A stretch of DNA of 62,575 bases, counting the filler. It is 10 parts of 10 records of this genome, joined end to end, with 100 filler letters (N's around TTAATTAATTAA, not from the genome) between each part and the next. Parts side by side here need not be neighbours in the genome. Positions count along the whole stretch, not along the records: positions 56,187 to 62,575 come from SRR7504441_11371; 9 more parts are not named here. One strand, written 5' to 3'. The position numbers and the translations under genes are program-made. Of this stretch, positions 56,597 to 62,575 are shown piece by piece (positions within the stretch are counted from its first letter, which is position 1; each line of letters starts with the position of its first letter). The notes under the pieces are model-generated. The model was given only the letters and a program-made list of their open reading frames with translations, made no database searches and was not told the origin of the DNA.

Positions 56597-57872
56597 ATGG
56601 CGTGCGCTCGCTTCCCCTCCAAGACCTGCATGCTGGCGCTCATGCTGGCTGCCTTTGCCGCGGCGGAGGAGATCGGAGCCCCGGCACAGACATGCGGCGA
56701 GCTCAAGGCCGGGTACAAGGCGGCGGCGTGCTGCAACCAGTCCAAGGCCACGAAGATCCCGAGCAAGCTGGTCAAGGTCTGCGGCGCCTGGCCGGCTGGG
56801 TTCTCCGGGCTGGGCGACGCGGCCGAGGGCGCGATGCAGATGATTTCCGAGCTGAGCCAGGGCAGCCTCCAGTTCAACTATACACCGACTTACTATACCA
56901 CGATCTTCAACGCCACCCGTACCGGCGAGTGCGACGCCTACATTGCGGCCGACTATTACTTCATGGACGAGGATCCGCCGGCCAGCAAGGCGCTCGCGTT
57001 CTTCACCTCCGTGCCGTTCGGGATGACCGCCACCGAGCAGTCCGCCTGGATGTACGCGGGCGGCGGGCAGGAGCTCTACCAGCAGCTGCTCGATCGGTAT
57101 GGGCTGATCGGGTTCCTTCACGGGAGCACCGGGTTGCAATCGGGCTACTGGGCCAAGTTCGCGATCAACTCGCTGGAGGATGTCGTGAACAAGACCCTCC
57201 GGATCCCTGGGATGGGAGGCCAGGTCTGGAAGAAGCTTTAGGGTTAGGGGTTAGGTTAGGGTTAGGTCTGGAAGAAGCTCGGTGCCAACATTGTCACCGT
57301 ACCTGGAGGCCAAATCGGTGCAGAGATGGCAAACGGCACGCTCGACATGTTGTGCGCCCCCGGCTCGGCTGCGGATGTCTGAGTGCGTGTGCAGCGAGTG
57401 GGTCGGGCCCTGGCTGGATACCAAGATGAAGGACGCGATCAGACCAGCGACCCACCTCTACCACCCGGGCATCCACGAGCCGGGCTCCGCTCTCTCTCTC
57501 ACTTTCAACAAGCAGTTTTACTCAACCCTGTCGACACACCAGCACAAGGCGATTGAGCTCGGGTGCAAGGCGCAGCTGCTGCAGAACTTGGCCCTGTTCA
57601 CTGCCAAGAATGCCGAGTACCTGGAGCAGGCTGAGGCGAACGTGACAGCCGGGATGCTCCCCGAGCCGGTGATGCGCGGGCTGTTCAACGCCAGCATGGA
57701 GTACCTCGACGACATGCAGGAGGAGCTCAAGAACGACACTGTGGCCAGCGAGATTGTGAGCAGCTATCGAGGGTTTATCGCGAAGCAGAACCGGTGGCAG
57801 AAGATCCTAACCGAATACACCCAGTCCCGGATCCAGTTCATGCAGCCCGATGAAGCAGCAACCGAGCACTAG
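56597..57872 (+). CDS. TRAP transporter solute-binding protein (DctP/TakP-like), signal peptide, 2 introns (57224-57265; ~57352-57394)
   Basis: FFTSVPFGM...WMYAGGGQEL, LRIPGMGGQ|VWKKLG...PGGQI...GTLDMF|EWVGPWLD, YHPGIHEPG. Confidence 0.9.
57222..57279 (+). repeat. Telomeric-type TTAGGG tract flanked by 16-bp direct repeats
   Basis: AGGTCTGGAAGAAGCT-ttagggttaggggttaggttagggtt-AGGTCTGGAAGAAGCT. Confidence 0.97.
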
Positions 57873-58341
57873 CGCGGCGTCGCTGAATGTGAAGTCGACG
57901 CTGTACATATTAAGCAAGTTAGTTATACTCGTACTTATACTCGTAGAAATGCATACTTGCATAGCATCAGTTTAGGTAGCCAGTTAGGGTTAGTCAGTTT
58001 AGTGAGGCAAGTATGAATCATTTTATGAACGATTGAATTGTCAGGAATTGTTTTACAAGCAATGACATTTGAATTACAATGAATTGAATAATGACAATCA
58101 TATGAACCATTCAAGCAGAATTTAGAGAATCGTCGACGGAATGGATTACTACTGCATGCATGGCGTTCATTGCAATCAGCCGTTCATCACACTCGCTAAC
58201 TATTGCGCGTGAGTGTGGGGCGGGAGCCTAGGTTGCAGGACAGCGGCAGCGTGCTGACGGCCAGCAGGTCAACCGTGCCGACCTTCACCGAACACTCAGA
58301 TACCTTGTATAATATCATCTAATTGCTTGTATGAGCCAAGG

Positions 58342-59955
58342 CTACGCAAACGCGGCTTGAAACACAGCAGGAAGGCTCAGCGTCTTGTTGATCAGGAGGC
58401 TGAGCTCGTCGTCATTGCAGAATGCAGGGTCGCCCTACCGGCCGATCAAGCAGAGCCTCGACTCACAGAGCACCTGCAGTAGCTGGGTGGCGACAGTGAT
58501 GCCGTCGGGCTGAACCCTGATGCGCCAGCTGCACAGATTTCCACTGGTTGGATGCTGTGAAGTCACCTGAAACAACGATGTCAGGACTGCCTACAGGACT
58601 GGTTGCCTGAACGGTGGCTTCGTCTGGGAGCCTGGCCACCTCAAAGCAACGAGCATCCGACGGCACCACTCCGGCCAGAGCCGGGAGCTGCAGACAGCTC
58701 TGGCACAACTGATCAAGGCTAGCATGCATTCGCATTTCGGCCAGTAAGCTCTGCAGTTGCTCGAGTGTATCAAACTTGAGTCTGTGGACAGAGACCACCT
58801 GCTCTGGAGGCCAGACAACGTGCCAAAGCTGCCCAGGTGATTGGAGCTCACGCACGTGCTGCCCTGGGTGCCACGCGGCCAGCGGGTCAGCCGATTCGGC
58901 CGAGCAGCCGACCAGCTGGCCAGCGGCTAGGCCAGCGACCATCACAGCCGGTCGCAGCGACACCATCAGCTGGCCAGTCGTGGTCGAGTTCCGCTCTAGT
59001 CCAATCACGGCTTGCCAGGCTGCATCGCCTGGGGGTTGCCAGTAGTCCACCGCGAGTGAACCGGTGTCCATCTTTGCCGTTAGAGAGGGCGCTGCCCGCA
59101 CGGCGGACTCCATCCGGAGCAGCGCTGTTGACGAGTCAGTGCATAGCTCAACAGTTTCATCGGTTGCAACAAGCACCGACAAAAACCTGGCACAAGGCTG
59201 TCAACCCGGGCTCAAGGGAGCAGCCCGGACCAGCGGAGACGGTGGCACTCCATCTGCGCCGGGGTGAGCTGCTCGTTGTGCTCGCTATCGTTGATGACTC
59301 GAGTGAGCTGCGTGCCAGAGGGCTTGACATCTAACACCAGCGTGTTAGACATAATCGTGAGCTGCCCTGGGGTGCTGTGCACGTCCAGTCCGAGCTCCGC
59401 GGCCAGCTCCTGCAGCTCACCGTTCCCTCGCCCCCCGGTGCCCTGGTCGTCCTGAGAAGATCTCGCAACCCGCCGATTAGCGATCGACTGCCTCACCGCT
59501 CGCTGCAGGCCGGCAGGTCGGGCGCACCGTGCACTGACTCAGCACGCTCTTCAACGCGTCCGCCCTCGCAGAGGCCTGTGCCCGGCCCTCAGCTCCGGGA
59601 CCGGCGCCGGCGCACATCCACGTAGCTCCGCACGGCCCGCTTCAGCCGGGCCAGATCCGCAGGGGCCGCAGACTCGCTCCAGTGCTGCCCCCCGGCGGCT
59701 CAGTCCAGCTCAGCTAGGCTGGCACCGCATGCGAGGCCACCACTCGTCGGAGCGCGGCCAGGTCAGCCGCGATGGCGGCCTGCATGGCAGTTGTGCGCAC
59801 TGGCCCCAGCGAGTGCCGCGAGTGCTCTGGCTGGGCCTGGAGCTCGCTGCTGAGCCGCCGGACCTGCCCGAGCCGCTCGGCCGGTGATGCCCCCAGCGCG
59901 GTACCGTCGCCCGGACCGCCTGCAGGCTCGCAAGCGCCGTCCGGGGCGGCTCCAT
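58342..59955 (-). CDS. Mediator subunit Med1-like protein, spliced
   Basis: LQELAAELGL...LTIMSNTLVLDV; FDTLEQLQSLLAEMRMHASLDQLCQSC; FCNDDELSLLINKTLSLPAVF resemble Med1 domain blocks (recognised from memory). Confidence 0.55.
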
Positions 59956-60168
59956 CTCCAAGGCGCTTCCGTTGTGGCTTAATTCCTCCCAAACGTAACT
60001 GTACCTCAGTCTCCAAGGACAGGTCGAGGGATAGGTCTGTCTGTACTAGACAAGTATTTAGTACCGGAATGCTTTTGAAGGCAGACGTTCGCGTTCACGT
60101 CATTATACATTTTGATCATCATTTAATTTTTACTTGTACCTAATAAGTCGAGTGACAAATAAAACTCC

Positions 60169-61266
60169 TCACAGCTCCGGGTGCGGCGTCAGCGACCTGG
60201 TCTCCACCGCCCCGCCACTCGCCACTATCCACTCCATCACCGCCGCACCGCCTGCTTCTCTGCCTACAAACTTGTGCCCTTCGTAACTCTCAAGCTTCAG
60301 TGGTTTGCCCAGCTCGACTTCACCGACCGTCACCGCGCCCTCCGGCCCGACCCACTCCACACTCAACCGCTGCCCGGCCTGCAGCACCACCGGCAGCCTC
60401 GGGGCCGGCCGGCTGAGCCGGTTGATGGCGTGCATCTGGTCCGGTGAGAGCTGCCAGCTCCAGAGCTCCAGGTTGGACCGCATGTGGCCAGGGCGGGTGG
60501 ATCGTGGGATGACAGCCACTCCCAGCTGGAGGGCCCAGCGGAGCACCACCTGAGCCACTGACCGGCCCAGCCCAGCCGCGATCCGCTCCAGGGTGGGGTG
60601 GCTCAGTATCGGATTTGGCGAGCCGTGCTGGGTACCGAGCGTAGAGTACGCCTGGTACTGAATGCCGCGCTCCGCGCAGAGCGATCGGACGGCCTGATCC
60701 TGGTGCAAGGGATCCATCCAGTTCTGCACAATATGCGGCGGCTCCTCAGCTACGGCCAGCAGCTGCTTCAGCTCGGCAACGCCCACATTACACACCCCAA
60801 TCGCCCTGAGCTTGCCGGCCTCGTACGCCCGCTCCAGCACGGCCCAGCTGTCTAGCCAGGAGCCCTCCGCCTCCGCCGGGTCGCACATCGGCAGCCAGCA
60901 CACCGGATGGTGAAGCAGCATGCAGTCCAACTTGCCCCTGAACAGATCTAGCGACATCTCCAGCTGCCGCTCGGCGCTCGTTCGGCCGTGGTGCCGTGCG
61001 TGCAGCTTGGAGGTGACCCACACCGACCGCCCGGCCACCGCCCGCCCAGCCGCCGGCTCATCGTACCATTCGGGCGCCTGGGCCGTGTCGAGCAGACGGT
61101 ATCCAGCCTCCAGCGCCGCCGAGATCTGGGCACGGCCCATCCGGCCGGCCGAGCCGTAGCCCACTGCCGGCATCCGCACGCCGTTACGGAGCAGCAGCGT
61201 CGGCTCCGGATCCGCCGCCGCGCCCAGCACCGCCCACAGCACCGCCGGGAGCCAGCACCGTCCCAT
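60169..61266 (-). CDS. Aldo-keto reductase with signal peptide, C-terminal VHL-beta-like domain and HPEL end
   Basis: LRNGVRMPAVGYG, GYRLLDTAQ..WY.E, VTSKLH, LLHHP, AIGVCN, AQVVLRWALQ, VIPRS. Confidence 0.9.
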   Translation of the reverse strand: MGRCWLPAVLWAVLGAAADPEPTLLLRNGVRMPAVGYGSAGRMGRAQISAALEAGYRLLDTAQAPEWYDEPAAGRAVAGRSVWVTSKLHARHHGRTSAERQLEMSLDLFRGKLDCMLLHHPVCWLPMCDPAEAEGSWLDSWAVLERAYEAGKLRAIGVCNVGVAELKQLLAVAEEPPHIVQNWMDPLHQDQAVRSLCAERGIQYQAYSTLGTQHGSPNPILSHPTLERIAAGLGRSVAQVVLRWALQLGVAVIPRSTRPGHMRSNLELWSWQLSPDQMHAINRLSRPAPRLPVVLQAGQRLSVEWVGPEGAVTVGEVELGKPLKLESYEGHKFVGREAGGAAVMEWIVASGGAVETRSLTPHPEL

Positions 61267-61291
61267 CCGGCCGCAGTGTTCCGTCTGTAAT

Positions 61292-62302
61292 CTGGAATCC
61301 GTTACTCGGGGGCCAGTGTTCGGGCGGCGGGGAGTGTTCGCGACGATCGGCCGTCGAACTGCTCTTCTGGACGTGGCGGCCGGGTTGGGTTTCGGGCTGT
61401 TCCTACTCCTTGCTGGGCTGCCCGCCTTTCTCCTGCCCAACCGGGCGCTCGGCCAGCTGCCCCCCAAGAGCATGGCCAAGCCGTACGAGGAGCGCGACTG
61501 GTCCGCCCTCGATTGGTACCCCGCAGCCGGGCGCGAGCCGGTGCACGGGACTCAGCTGGCGGTCGGGCCCGGCGAGCTCGGCCCGGGCTCGATGGGCCAC
61601 CTGGCGTTCATCCCGCGCCCGGCGACCCCGGGCCAGCTTACCCCAATGCTGGTCTTCCTTCACGGCCAGGGCGAATCGAGCCCATCCCCGCTCCCGTCGG
61701 TCGCGCTGCAGGGCCCGGCCCAGACCGCCGGCGTGTACCCGGACCAGCTGCAGTTTGCGGTGATCAGTCCTCAGAAGCAGATGCGCGAACAGTTCTTCGA
61801 CGAAGCCCCCGCCGGCCAGATCATGCAGCTGATCCAGCACTATCTGAACACGCAGAGCTCGCTCGACCGGTCCAGAATCTACCTCACCGGGATGAGCCAA
61901 GGCGGGATCGGCACTTGGAACTTGGCAGCCCGGCCCGAGTTCCGGAGGCTGTTTGCAGCGATTGCGCCCGTATGCGGCGGGTTGAGAAAACCTGCACTGG
62001 CCGCGGAGCTAACCGACATGCCGATCTGGGGCTTCCACGCTGTGGACGACGCTGTGCTGCCGGTGGAGATGAGCGATAGCAGTGTGGCGGCTTGCCGGCA
62101 GACGGCCCGGACAGCGTATGCTGGGGATGTGCGGTATGACAGGATGGAACGAGGCTGGTCGCAGGATCGCAGTTGGCAGGCGGCGGGGATCCCGGCCATG
62201 CAAGGACACGCTTCGTGGGTCGAGGCCTACTATCCGGACGGGTCTGTGCCCGGCGACAACGCGCTCTACCGCTGGTTTTTACAACACCAACGGACAGCTT
62301 AG
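61292..62302 (+). CDS. Alpha/beta hydrolase (carboxylesterase/peptidase-like); start uncertain
   Basis: LVFLHGQGE, ISPQ, RIYLTGMSQGGIGTW, FAAIAPVCG, PIWGFH..DD, GHASW. Confidence 0.85.
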   Translation: MESVTRGPVFGRRGVFATIGRRTALLDVAAGLGFGLFLLLAGLPAFLLPNRALGQLPPKSMAKPYEERDWSALDWYPAAGREPVHGTQLAVGPGELGPGSMGHLAFIPRPATPGQLTPMLVFLHGQGESSPSPLPSVALQGPAQTAGVYPDQLQFAVISPQKQMREQFFDEAPAGQIMQLIQHYLNTQSSLDRSRIYLTGMSQGGIGTWNLAARPEFRRLFAAIAPVCGGLRKPALAAELTDMPIWGFHAVDDAVLPVEMSDSSVAACRQTARTAYAGDVRYDRMERGWSQDRSWQAAGIPAMQGHASWVEAYYPDGSVPGDNALYRWFLQHQRTA

Positions 62303-62575
62303 TTGCAGAAGTATTAGATCTCGAACATGATTCCTCTATGATTCCTCGTGAGACTCGAATCACTTCTGGGTAAATTAGGTGCTAGGCTCCGAGTAGCATG
62401 CGAGTGAAGGGAATCATAGGAATACATGTATAAGGGTGTACCAGAATCCAATCAATCCAATCAATCCATGGGCACAAGACCAAGTAGCTGGGCGTTCGAT
62501 TTTTGATTTTCCGTCTCTTTTCTTGCACCTTTTCCCCGATCAGGCATGATGGGAGTAGCTAGCTCCCAGTTGGTT

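Noticed and set aside
57972-58002. TTTAGG/TTAGGGTTAG words downstream of the TRAP gene
   Set aside because: Too short and degenerate to call a telomeric insertion; no flanking duplication seen.
62445-62468. AATCCAATC short tandem repeat
   Set aside because: Ordinary microsatellite-like spacer sequence.

Overview
Eukaryotic DNA, not prokaryotic. The window is ten contigs joined by artificial N-TTAATTAATTAA-N linkers, typical of a concatenated MAG/SAG. The source is a compact, GC-rich protist genome, probably a flagellate (IFT20 present); I cannot assign the taxon from sequence alone. About 35 genes are packed head-to-head and tail-to-tail with very short spacers. Many are split by tiny GC-rich spliceosomal introns (mostly 33-50 nt, GT-AG with frequent GC-AG), so the ORF track fragments them. 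Recognisable products: MPPE1/Cdc1-like phosphoesterase, APC amino-acid/polyamine permease, Kelch protein, giant EF-hand repeat protein, 2H phosphoesterase, fused aconitase X, sarcosine/dimethylglycine dehydrogenase, ABHD17, endosulfine, IFT20, Fe-ADH, OvoA, RhoGAP, dynamin-related GTPase, EF-hand-fused thymidine phosphorylase, a divergent myosin, a bacterial-type TRAP solute-binding protein, Med1-like protein and an aldo-keto reductase. The most striking signals concern intron birth. A 42-nt intron in the TRAP gene is built from a perfect 16-bp target duplication plus telomeric TTAGGG repeats. A family of related introns carries a CCTAATTAGG palindrome, with an intron 3' end shared between contigs. 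Also notable: a head-to-head 31-aa acylated micro-paralog, a recurrent TACTCGTA motif downstream of gene 3' ends, and a probable pseudo-ATPase myosin. Gene models were spliced by eye and boundaries are approximate.
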